A stretch of 63,999 nucleotides of DNA, filler included, from Asterionella formosa (taxonomy: Eukaryota), in the NCBI GenBank assembly GCA_002256025.1. It is 10 parts of 10 records of this genome, joined end to end, with 100 filler letters (N's around TTAATTAATTAA, not from the genome) between each part and the next. Parts side by side here need not be neighbours in the genome. Positions count along the whole stretch, not along the records: positions 38,628 to 44,953 come from NKIB01012746.1; positions 45,054 to 51,379 come from NKIB01012747.1; 8 more parts are not named here. One strand, 5' to 3'. This document shows positions 40,189 to 51,185 of this stretch, piece after piece; the first letter of the stretch is position 1; the number at the start of each line of letters is the position of its first letter. The translations under genes and the position numbers were made by a program. The notes beneath the pieces are model-generated. The model did no database searches and was not told the origin of the DNA. It worked only from the letters and a program-made list of their open reading frames with translations.

Positions 40189-43100
40189 TGTCTGCAAATA
40201 AAAACTATCATGCATATATGATCAAGGGTATTGTGCGCTAAATGGTGACACAGGATTTTTACATATATGATAGTTTTTGGATCAAAAATATGATCAATGT
40301 ATCATATAATTATGGTCATGCAGTAAACTTTTACCGAGCTTGAAGTATGATGATACTATAATAGTTGTAATACCATTGCATCATATAGTTAGTTAAACAT
40401 GGTCATATGATGTGTATACTTTTGTCATACATCTATCTTAACATGATTGTAATTTTCATCGAAATCACTGTCTAAAATAGAATGAAATGGATCGAAATTT
40501 AGAACTATATTTAAGAATGGTTCTATGTTTCTATATCTTGAGTGGCTACAGAATGTTTTACAATGCTCTCATCGCAATGATTGGTGCTTCAGCTTTCACT
40601 TCCACCTTCCCCCCAATCCAATTCTGAAGGTTGTTGTAGTAGTGCTGGTTGCCTTGCCGTTTTTCCCTTGCTTTTCTTTTACTCTTGATGGATCTGAGTT
40701 TGCATTCACACATTTTCCCATTACTATTTAATCCGTTTCGCTGTCCCAATCATACTAACAACGAGAAGCAATTCATTGTTAGCTGTTCATGTTTTGCTTA
40801 CACAATGCACAGCATGCATTTCGCTTCTATCTTCACTTACCACAAATTGAGGAAGTAACTGATGCATATTTGTGTGAAAGAATGTGTCAGTTGAACAGTG
40901 AATAACAAAGTATCGATCAATAAATAGGCTCCAACGCTGCTGTTTGTAACTTACAAATACTGTTTGTTTACCATTATTCTGAAAGAAGCAACACACATGT
41001 GCCAGTTTTTCTAACAGTTGTGGATTGATCCAAAGATGATAGCACTTACCGATTTCTTTTGTCCACATTGATGGTTGGCCAGCCACCAAATCGAAAAGGA
41101 GCTATTGAATCACTGAAAGGGGACGAGTCATTCCGTATTTGTACTGATGATCCCATCAATTGATCATCCTGGCATTTGCTCTTGTTGACAAACCGTGATA
41201 CTATGCACAGCTTGTTGATTCCGCCCTTCTCCATCATATTCACTCCTTCTTAGCCGCATGGTGTATCATCGTGTTGTATCATCACTTCAGTTTTTCGCAT
41301 CATCTGCTGGTGCTTGAGATCCTTCATTTCAGGAAGTGTATGCATGACAAGGAAAATGAAAAGCATTTGCTCTTGACTTACCATCAATTGATCCCGCCCT
41401 TCTCCGTAGTCACTCCTTCTAAACCGTTCATAAGCATCATTGTCTTGTATTGTTATCACTTTTGTTTTCCGCGTCATCATGTGTGATGATCCTTCATTTC
41501 AGGAGCAAAGCGTGTGCATGACAAGGAACATGAATACATGATTTCAAATGTTTCAGCCATGTATACATTTGCTCTGCATTATTTGCTTCAATATCAGCCA
41601 CCTGCGCATTTATTATTGGGCATGCTGGCATGCTATCAGCAAGTGTTTCCTACTTCCATTAAGAAAATCTTTTGTACTATCGACAGTAAGGGTCATACAC
41701 CAATCTTGCTCCAACTGAGTCAATTGAAGCAGTGCTTTGCAATGAATACAGAGGTAAAGATGTCCTGCTTTGTATGGGGGAAAAGATTATCAAACCTATA
41801 GGTCTTGTAGAATTATCGCAACATAGCTGCATATCTAGCTAATGAAAGGGAGGAGTCATCCATGCACCTGTATATGAAGCCAAATATGGAAATGAGCAAT
41901 GCATCATAAATGACCTGTTACTTTAAATCCTATGAAATCTCTTGGTCTATTCTGGTTTTTTTGTCGCCACAATTGTTTTCATTGTTTCACTGTACAGCAT
42001 TCTAATTGATTGGCTTCGAACGAAGCAATGATCAAAGTCCACCCCATTGCAGAATGGTGAGTCTCAAAAATAAGTATCAGCCAGTCGATTAAAATGGGAC
42101 TGTCTTTTGTGCACTGATGTTGTGTTTGTACATTGACTTGGCAACTGTCAGCAGCCATGGCATGCCATCATATATTGTCTATACGAATTTTCGAATGCGT
42201 TCAGCTGTGATAACTCTTTTGCTCCTAGACACTATCTCACCTTGTCATAGATTTTTCTTTATCCTCTGGCCGCACAGGCCCAGGTTACTCAATGCTTTCA
42301 TCTGCAAGTTCAGCCAAGCACGTTGGCGTCAAGAAAACCTCTACCCCGATTTTAAACAATTGCTCTGTCCATCACACTTTCTTCATTGATGAAGTCGAGG
42401 TAGCTATATTGACTTGTTCAGGTGGCACAGGCTTGTGTATAGATTGATGATGCAGAAAGCGTTGCTTCCTTTTTCCGGTAGGTAACATCCAAGAGGGTCT
42501 AGGATCATTGGGGAGAAAAATTAGGCTCCTCCTCTGTGTTTGCCCCCGCCATTTTGGCATTCTACTATTGCTTCCTCTCAATCAATACAAGTAAAATGAA
42601 AACCGTAATTAGAAGAAATGTGACTTCCGGTTTCTAATATTTTACATTGCACTACTGATGCTTGAATCTATAAATGTGCATTCAACTTGTGCTTCTTGCA
42701 TTTTTGCAGTATAGACTGACTGGTGGGCGATAGGCCAAAGTGTCTGCTGGTTTTTCATGAACATCTACAAAGTAGTGCCTTTGTTGAGTCTTTTGTCTAA
42801 ACCCAAGTGCTGCCAACCATTGAACCATTCCAGATACATCAAAGAATTCAATCCTGTCGTCAAAGGCTAGGAACTAGTAAGACGACAAAGGAAATCTGAT
42901 GAGCCATGAAAATTATGTTACCAGAATCACTCTGTTACTAGCTATACATAGACAGTTTCTTGCTTCTATGTGCATATCGCCTGCTATGCTGCGTTTCAAT
43001 TCTAGATGTATTACGTTCTTGTGAGAGAGACAATGTTACTACAGAGAAGTTTAGCTATGATTGAAGTTGTAACACTGATTGAAGCTCTGGCTGGTGAGAG

Positions 43101-43528
43101 ACTGGCCAGAAATATTCGTCTTGTGTGATGAGCCATTTCGTTTTCATTGGATTTCTTTTCAAGTAGATGACAACTAATCGAAGACATATGATGCCATGAA
43201 CGACAAATGAATATTTTGTCACAAACACTCGTTCCTCTTGAGATGGCTATTATGTCATTGTTGCAAGAATCAGAGGGAGGATTGGAGAGTAGTATGATGA
43301 AACAAACCACATTACTTTATCTGGTACATAATCCTACACAGACATTTAAATAAGGGAACCAAATAGAAACAATACATATGATAATTAAATATACATAGTC
43401 AAAAGGGTTACTATTTATATTACGAGGGCATTTATCAAAATTATTAGATGATATAACGAAAAATTATGATCAGGTGATCATAATCCTATGATGCATCATA
43501 GGAATTTGATGATTTTTGTTTGCAGATG
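40189..43528 (-). mobile_element. 3.3-kb DNA transposon with both termini and a 2-bp target-site duplication (CMC/CACTA-like?)
   Basis: Ends TGTCTGCAAATAAAAACTATCAT ... TGATGATTTTTGTTTGCAGATG and ATGATC-rich subterminal regions. It splits the motif AAGTGTGGCTGGC, which is intact at ~2584 and ~18441. Confidence 0.8.
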
Positions 43529-43644
43529 GTGGCTGGCATTATTTTACAAGACCGGGATACTTCATTGAATCTGGAGCAGGTGAGTAAATTCAATTCAACC
43601 AATAAATTACTTCTCTTTATGCATCAATGCTCTCTTTTTGATTT

Positions 43645-43893
43645 ATGCAAGCAATGATGTTCCACCTGCAGCCAACACATCATCAAAAGGCCAACAAGCT
43701 GACTTCATTTTTGGGACCTCCTTTCTCCACTCTTATGTTCAGAAAGAGGGGATACTTAGTTTCCAACAGAGCCCATGCATTCAGTGATCATCTCGCTATT
43801 TATGCTGACTTAGATGAAGCCAATCACTTTCAGGACTCCTCCACGGGTCCCAGCAATGCCCCCTCAGGTATGATCTATATTCAGATATGGTAA
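43645..43893 (+). pseudogene. Non-LTR retrotransposon AP-endonuclease remnant
   Basis: GYL..AFSDHLAIYADLD resembles the C-terminal SDH motif of the LINE APE domain. Short and CpG-poor. Confidence 0.45.
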
Positions 43894-44774
43894 GGACCTA
43901 AGGGGGCCATCAAGCTTTTTACAAAATCTACGAGGGATAACTGCCACTTCTCTGCAGAAGTTAAATCCTGACGTAATAGGGTACACGGCTACCTATTTCA
44001 TTCTTCATGAAACCCCGTAGATGTAGAGCAATTCTCCTACCGGTAGTTTCATCCTGTCTTCCATCATGATGGACCAAGATCATGTACTACCTGGTACTCC
44101 GAGTACCGAAATACCGTTACTCTGGGACTCCGATACTGATTTACACACCTGTATATACCTTGTGCGTTGAGTGATATTGAAGTTACATTCCGCAACGATA
44201 CAAACGTATAAACAAGGGCCATGAGCATACATGTCGGTATACTCCTAATTAATATATGTGTTTTGGCGTTGAGCAAAATTATGTCTACATACAGCAATGT
44301 TGATATAGTATCAACGACGTTTAAATATCATTATTTTAAATGGAACTCTATCAATCTGGCCCCGATTTCTATTTAATTCAAACATTCAAATGGACACTCG
44401 AATCATGGGAATTCATAGTAGGAAACTGCCCTGTTCCACGCCGTTTTTACAACCCTAGCGATATTTTCTCCGAACCAGTGTTAAGCCGAACTAATTAACA
44501 TTTTAATCAGAGATAAAGATAGTGCTAAATCTTTTGTTTCAGCAAAATTATTTGACAGGAATCCTATGTAGCAATTTCTTAGACTTGTCGCGCCCAAGCA
44601 ATGTTCCTTTATTTGAAATTCAACACACCTTTGGGGGTAACTAACCACACTACCGGTAGCTAGTCTACGGATATTTACACACCGTAACAGGCATGCATGA
44701 CATCCGTTTTCACTGCCTCCATCGCGCAGGTACCAGTGTAGCTACAAGCAACAACAATATTGTCTTTCCTTAGG

Positions 44775-44953
44775 ATGATTCAATTTCGAATCTGTTCAAT
44801 GATCATTTTACTACTGCTACTGTTGACAGTACAGGTGCCAAAGGTAGCAATGGCAAACAACTTGAGAGACAGTAGCAGCACGGCAGAAGGCGTACCTTGT
44901 GCTAGCAGTGGTACACGTCGCGTCCAAACCAATGGATTTTCGGTCGCGAGCTG
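44775..44953 (+). CDS. 5' end of a secreted protein (truncated)
   Basis: MIQFRICSMIILLLLLLTVQVPKVAMA signal peptide, then NNLR...TRRVQ propeptide-like motifs. Runs into the linker. Confidence 0.5.
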
Positions 44954-45129
44954 NNNNNNNNNNNNNNNNNNNNNNNNNNNNNNNNNNNNNNNNNNNNTTA
45001 ATTAATTAANNNNNNNNNNNNNNNNNNNNNNNNNNNNNNNNNNNNNNNNNNNNATGTGCTATCTACAGCTGTAGCAATGGAGAAGTGGCAAATGCGATTC
45101 TCAGATGGATTGTTTGGATGTATTTTTCT

Positions 45130-45490
45130 ATTTGTCAATTGCATGCAATTTACTAGCAAACGGCCTACTAATCCATCAGATTGTCAAAAGTGCCCCAAAA
45201 CATAAAAGAATAGCTAATCATTATTTCCTTTACATCACTATCATTTACCCTGTTTATGAGTGTCACCAACACTACCAAGAGCACCTTCATTGTCAATCAA
45301 TTGATTGATTTAGCATTGCTAGTGGTTTTGTCGTGGTTAATTGCTGTGCTTGAGGGGATGTCAATGGCCGATTTTTCCAAAAGAAGCAAGGAGTAACTCC
45401 ACTAAAATTTCAGTGAAACTCGAAAAAAACGTTTTACCTACTTGTAGGAAAATTACTAAAACAACCTGGAAAATAAAACGTATGACTAGG
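45130..45490 (-). repeat. Dispersed repeat; uninterrupted homologue of the Harbinger insertion site
   Basis: Its reverse complement matches 26800-26875 and continues directly into 28623-28870 (TTACTCCTT...GGAAAAATCGGCCATT...CCCTCAAGCACA). Confidence 0.7.
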
Positions 45491-46241
45491 TATGGCAAAG
45501 GTTGCATGTGAGTACGATACCGGTATACACATGAAAATGGCCCATGCAGGAATGTTACCGGTACTGGTGGTACTCGCGGCAAATGATTTATTTTGCCATG
45601 GGTGCTGATAGTTTTGGTTGCGGGAAGGTTAGGGATCCGTAGGACACAAATTTTCGAGTGCCGCCCGGCTACCAATTGTCATTTTTAGCAGGATTCTCGA
45701 CTGAGATCACTCCAATGCGCTGGAGTGTATGTACGGTAGTGAAATTTGATGAACCTCAACGCTCATATGTATGTACATTTGTTTAAGTAAAATTATTTTA
45801 ATACATATAGGGGTATACGTACGTCCAGATAATTTACACATAATCTGTGGGAAATGAAAAATCGCATTCGTGTGAGTGTTGCTTGATTTCATACTTGTAC
45901 TCTACATACGAAGCAACAATGTCTTCAACCACCACGGGAAGGGCTGCCTACCCTGGTACCTGGTATCAGCCATAGTACGGGCATGCATGTACTTCCGGTA
46001 AATAAATTGAACCGACTAAACTTGGATCGAAGTGAGCACAACAATTCATGCATTGATTTGTTCCACTCATCGGTCATCGGTCATCGGTCGATGTAAGAAT
46101 AGATTCATTGCAATTGTTTGATAAGTCTTTGAAATTGTTCGTTACGTCTGGACAAGACTCCACTACCGGTGGTCATAGCAAGGACTCTCATCTCAGGCCT
46201 TATCAGTCTCAGGAACTATCAGTACACCGTGAAGAATCAAG

Positions 46242-49200
46242 ATGTCATCATCCACTTCTCTTGCTGACCGCTCCCGGCGGATTCGAATCGCCAAGAGTAG
46301 AAGCCGATCTCGAACCGCTCTTTCTGTGAATAGTATATCTTCTGTTGCTTCCACGGATGACACCACTCCTACGCCGATCGCATCTACCAGTAAAGAAACA
46401 ACGCCTTCTGGTCACAAGCGCCGCACCCTTTCTAATCCCCCGCCTGTGCTAGTAACACCTACCCGCGGCAGTTTGATCCACAAGAGAGATTCATCTGTGC
46501 CTCCAGAAGTTGTATTGGGTTACCGTAATACCTTTCGAACCGTTAATGATTCGTCGTCGGTGACTAGCGGGGCATCGATCGGGTCGGAAATGGGACGGTC
46601 ATTTGCGATGGAGGTGCCCTTGGACGAGGAAATGCCAATGGACGAAATGATTCATGTCATGAAAAGGCGTACCATGAACTCACCGATGTTGTCGGTCCTG
46701 CCGGAAAATGAAATCATGACGAAGAACAGTGTTCCACTGGATTTTGCTTCCTCCAACTCTAGAAGTACTCCGAAGTCCTACATCAATGTGAGAACAAAGG
46801 TGCTTGTTGATGCCGCTGATCGTGGAGGTGGAGGTCGTTCTGCGATGGTCGACGATGACTTGTCGTCTCTCGGTATTGATGAGTCTTCTTTGGCTCGGTT
46901 GACTCTTGCCATTAAGTCAAGGACAGACAAGCGTCCCGATCATTTGAATATGGAGGAAAAGGCTCTATGGGATGTGGTTCAATCCACCTTAATTAACCAA
47001 ACGAGTGAACAAATTCAGAAACGTCGTATTTTAGAACGCCAAGTCCAAGATTCCTCTTCTCGTCTTGTGGAAATTCGTAGCCACAACCAAGCGCTACAAA
47101 AGGAGCTGGAGGCCACTTCCAATGAATTGATCACGTTGAAGGGACACCTACAGGACGCAAAGGAATCCAAAGTCGAGCAATCCCCAAGCCACAAAGTTGA
47201 CAATTCGGAGAAAGTTGCGGAACTGGAGAGCAAGTTAGCAGAAATGGAGGCAAAGTACAAAGAGGCCCAGGACATGTTTGAAAAGCAGCAGGACGAGCAC
47301 GATAGCGCTGTACGTGCCATTCAACGTGTCATGGCTGATGTCTCCTCTCAAAGAGAGGCGGAAGTTGAAGATTTGCAACAGCAATTGAAGTTGATGAAGG
47401 AGGAACGCAAGTCGCTTGAAAAGGGTCAGTTGGCTGGCTCTGCGAAGGATGTCGCTACTGCGCCCGACGGAGGTGTTGATTTGCAGAATTTGCGCGCCAC
47501 TGCTGATCGGGCGCTGCATTTGGAACGCGAACTGGACGACATGAAGTTAGTTCTTGAAACTGTCGAAGATGAACGCAATGCACTTCAGCTAGAGTTGGAT
47601 ACAAAGGGTGGCCAACTCATCACTCTTGAGAAAGAGCTAAGTAGTCTCAAAGACGTTGTGAACAAAATCAAGAGTAAAAACCGGGAACTTGAGGTAACCA
47701 TCGCCGCAAAGAATAAGAAGGTGCGAAGTCTAGAATTGGAACTAGGTACAACCAAGAAATCAATGACAAGCCTAGCTGAACGCGAGATGAAATTGTCAGT
47801 AGAGAATGACACCAAAGACCGCCAGATTGTCAAATTGAAGCGACACTTTCGATCAAGTTCTACCGACGATTCTGAGGAAAATTCCGCAATCATTACAGGA
47901 ACCAATCTTAGTAATGGCAACAGTGCTGACTTCGAAGTGGTGGCACTGTTGCGCAAGCAGTTGGAGGAAAAGGACAAGGCCTTGGAAACCTCGAAAATGC
48001 TCATTGCGTCATTACAGGATGCCAACGGATCCATGACTGTGGATTTGCGCGCCAAACTTAAGGAAAAGGACGAGCATGTAAGTCTTTTGGAAGCTGAAAC
48101 ATTTGCGCGTAAAAAGACTTGTGATAGCCTTGCTGTTGACTTGCGGGATCTCCAAACCCTCAAAAGTGAAATGGACCAATTCGAGGAAAAAGTTAAGAAG
48201 GATGCGATGAAACAAAAGATACTTGCAAAACAGCTTGAGTCTGCCGTGAGCGAACTTCAGGAAGCCTCGGCGGTCCATGAAGCGAAAAGCAGTGGAAATG
48301 CTGGGACTAGATTACATGACGAAGATGATGCCGATGTTATTGCCGGCGTTTTGTGCACCGCTATCATGTCCTTGAAAATGAGCCTTTCATCGAATGAATT
48401 AGAGAGCGGCTTTGACGATTCGAATTTTATTGATGCGAAGTCTATATCCTTAATAGATGCTGATACAGACATTCAGTCGGTGTCGTCAATTGGGGGAGTC
48501 GACCCACAAGAACTGAACAAACATCTGGACGCTATTATCCGTAGTGATCGAGAGGCAGCTTCAAAGGATTTGCGTATGCAGCTTGAGGCGAAAAGTGCTA
48601 CAGTCCAAAAGTTGGAGGAATTGCTTCAGAAGGAGAAGGACGAAGTTGCACTAATGAAGATGCAAAACACCCGCCTCAAGATTTCTAAGGATGAGGTCGA
48701 GGCCAAATTTAACGCGGAAATCGTTTCTCTTAGGGGGCAATGCATGACTAATATGGAGGTTTTAACGAAAAAGGAAAGAGAACTTGAAGTCCTTCGTGAT
48801 AGCCTAGAAGTTTCTGATGGCGTTGGATATATATCTGATGAAAGCGACGAAGACGACGATGATGTCCCACAACTCCGGAGTGTTACACCACCAAATGGAT
48901 ACGGAACTGCCCAGGCCGAGGCAATGGCAACTCTTTTGGTTCATGGAAGTGGGGTTGATGGTGGTGGTGGCGAAGTGCAGAGGTTGCACATCGAACTTCT
49001 GAAATCAAATCGAGAAAAGGAGCGAGCTGCAAAGGAGCTAAGAATTCAACAAGAGTCTTTGGCAAATGCCAAAATGATCATTTCTTCACTCGAAAGGGCC
49101 AACAAGACAATGCTGGAAGATCTCCGTTCTCGCTTACAGGACTCGAACACTGCAATCGCTTCGTTATTAGACAAGTCAGCAGAAAACGAGAAGAGTTCAA

Positions 49201-49403
49201 CATCACTCAAGTTGGAACTTGAAAAACTCAAAAACGAGAAAGAGAAGGTAAAAGCCGACTATGACGCCCTATCGAAGAAGATGAAGAAGGAAGCTCTCGA
49301 CGCCGCAATGCGAACAACAGCGAAAGACCGTGAGCTTGCACAACTAAGATTGATTGCCGGCACACAGGAAGGGTCAAAGAGTAGGTCACGTACAGAGCCT
49401 TAG
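46242..49403 (+). CDS. Large coiled-coil protein of unknown function (1053 aa)
   Basis: Intronless ORF with a Ser/Thr/Arg-rich disordered N-terminus and long E/K/L/Q heptads. Internal repeat L..(S/A)KM(L/I)I(A/S)SL..AN.(S/T)M..DLR..L at ~aa 580 and ~aa 940. Confidence 0.88.
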   Translation: MSSSTSLADRSRRIRIAKSRSRSRTALSVNSISSVASTDDTTPTPIASTSKETTPSGHKRRTLSNPPPVLVTPTRGSLIHKRDSSVPPEVVLGYRNTFRTVNDSSSVTSGASIGSEMGRSFAMEVPLDEEMPMDEMIHVMKRRTMNSPMLSVLPENEIMTKNSVPLDFASSNSRSTPKSYINVRTKVLVDAADRGGGGRSAMVDDDLSSLGIDESSLARLTLAIKSRTDKRPDHLNMEEKALWDVVQSTLINQTSEQIQKRRILERQVQDSSSRLVEIRSHNQALQKELEATSNELITLKGHLQDAKESKVEQSPSHKVDNSEKVAELESKLAEMEAKYKEAQDMFEKQQDEHDSAVRAIQRVMADVSSQREAEVEDLQQQLKLMKEERKSLEKGQLAGSAKDVATAPDGGVDLQNLRATADRALHLERELDDMKLVLETVEDERNALQLELDTKGGQLITLEKELSSLKDVVNKIKSKNRELEVTIAAKNKKVRSLELELGTTKKSMTSLAEREMKLSVENDTKDRQIVKLKRHFRSSSTDDSEENSAIITGTNLSNGNSADFEVVALLRKQLEEKDKALETSKMLIASLQDANGSMTVDLRAKLKEKDEHVSLLEAETFARKKTCDSLAVDLRDLQTLKSEMDQFEEKVKKDAMKQKILAKQLESAVSELQEASAVHEAKSSGNAGTRLHDEDDADVIAGVLCTAIMSLKMSLSSNELESGFDDSNFIDAKSISLIDADTDIQSVSSIGGVDPQELNKHLDAIIRSDREAASKDLRMQLEAKSATVQKLEELLQKEKDEVALMKMQNTRLKISKDEVEAKFNAEIVSLRGQCMTNMEVLTKKERELEVLRDSLEVSDGVGYISDESDEDDDDVPQLRSVTPPNGYGTAQAEAMATLLVHGSGVDGGGGEVQRLHIELLKSNREKERAAKELRIQQESLANAKMIISSLERANKTMLEDLRSRLQDSNTAIASLLDKSAENEKSSTSLKLELEKLKNEKEKVKADYDALSKKMKKEALDAAMRTTAKDRELAQLRLIAGTQEGSKSRSRTEP

Positions 49404-49763
49404 AAAGAGGGAATGACTTTTGGCAATGAAAATGAGGTCAACTACTCGGTTACATCCTTTTATTCCAACATTTAGCAAATCTGTGTTAATTCAATGAAAC
49501 AAACAATGGAAGTGAAGTTCCATTCTTTTGTCTTCAACAGGGCTTCTTTGTGTCGTAGTCACAGAACAATCGATGTGTAACTAGCAGTGGAAGTGGAAAA
49601 ACGCTGTGGGCTCTATTTTTGAGAAATAATTGCAAAATGATAACTAAATAAATATATATATATAGCTTGATTAATAGCATGTAACAAAGATGTGAGTTCA
49701 ACCGAAATTGAAAAGTCAATATCTTGGATTGGGGATCACTAATGAAACATTGACATTCGCCAC

Positions 49764-51185
49764 TCAAAATACTGTTTCTGGGCTAGCCTTCAATAAGAAA
49801 AGCAACCGAAGAAACTCTGGGAGGACTAGGCGTCTGTCAACGTTGCTATGGGCGACAAGCTCAGGATCTTCACGACTCTGAAGTATCTTGTCAAATAAGG
49901 CAGTCACACGGACTTCCGTGGGTTGCTTGTCGTCATGAAGAAAAGCGTACGATACCGCACGCTGGACATCACTCTTGGAGAGACTACTACAATGATTGCT
50001 ATCAAAGGCGTAGAAGAATCGACGCGCAAATGCCAGCGTTTCATTTGTTAGACTGGGTCCAGCCTCCAGCTTGATCTTACGGAGTTCTCGCTCTTCCATT
50101 GGGGAAAGCTTCTTCAAAGATACATTGTTCGTGTAGTCCATTTGCGAATTTGTTGTCATCCAAGTTTCCATGAAAACGTGCCAATCGTACACGAAATGAG
50201 AAACTATGCAAGGAAGAATGTCACCTCCAGTGAGAATGTATATAAGCCCGTGCCAAAAGGCATTAATGGATTGAAGACCTGCCACGACTTTGTTTTCGCC
50301 TACTTTAGCTTGCGGGGATATATGACCAAGTCCAAACAAGGCGGCTTGACCAAAAAGGGCGATCGGTACTGATCTTACCTGATGAAAGATGGCAGTTGGA
50401 ATGAGGCCGCGAAAGATTAATTCTTCGGAGAGTGCAGTGATCAGTGCAAGTCCAGCTGCTAGCAATAATACGTAGAGCATCGGAGTTTCAGCCTGAAGGA
50501 TTGGGTGATCGTCGATGTCCGTAGCACTGTCGTGCTCTCTCCGCCCAAACAGGGCCATTACCATATCTGATGCATGAGAAAAATGTGAGTTGTGAGACAC
50601 TCCTAAATTCTTGCTTTATAAAGTTGACATTTCCATGAATCCCTGTAGATAGTTCAACTTACTCATAGTACTGAAGTTAACATGACTGCAGTCACGGCTC
50701 TCGGCGTGCTCGATTTTGTTTCCTAGGAAGATCATAGGCGCCGCAGCCAAAAGGCCTTCAACCACGCGAATGGGACTCATGGTGAAGTCCAAAGGCGAGA
50801 AAAAATTCTCATTTCCGTTCCAATGAAGAGCTGCGAAATCAATAGGATATCCAGTTACAGCCAAGGCTGCTGCTGTCACACCACTGCATACCACCAAAGC
50901 GGCAGTTTGTGACACTGCCAGAGACTTGAGTATCGGCATGTTAACCCCAGTGTTGCCAAACCAATCATTCTCATTTGTTTTTGGCGCATGACCATGCGAG
51001 GGCATGCTGGAAACCAACTCTTCCGTGTCGCCGTCGCGATCTCGATACTTGAGAGGTTGAGCAATAATGTGTCGGGCGTTTGATAGCGTAGCAGGCCTGT
51101 TGAAAGCTGAATGACCAGGTTGCAACGCAGTCCCTTCCAAAGCTTTGATCACGAGAAGTAACAACGAGAATCTTGAAATTCCCAT
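49764..51185 (-). CDS. CPBP (Abi/CAAX protease II) family intramembrane glutamic protease with C-terminal EF-hand-like domain, 2 exons
   Basis: Exons 51185-50663 and 50566-49764 with a GTAAGT...CAG intron (50662-50567), giving NFSTMNMVMALFGRR. CPBP motifs EELIFRG, FGLGH and HFVYD. N-terminal signal/transit peptide. FYAFDSNHCSSLSKSDV is an EF-hand-like loop. Confidence 0.85.

Larger units (their letters stand above)
40075..44084. mobile_element. TA-flanked foldback element (family X), interrupted by younger insertions
   Basis: TA|CATAATCTTG ... CAAGATCATG|TA, with a perfect 21-bp inverted repeat ATGGAAGACAGGATGAAACTA (40109-40129) / TAGTTTCATCCTGTCTTCCAT (44044-44064). Confidence 0.75.
39666..44480. 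mobile_element. piggyBac-like non-autonomous element with ~280-bp inverted arms, carrying nested insertions
   Basis: TTAA|CCCT... at the left and ...AGTG|TTAA at the right. 39666-39940 and 44208-44480 are diverged inverted repeats (e.g. CGAGTGTCCATTTGAAT / ATTCAAATGGACACTCG). Confidence 0.7.
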
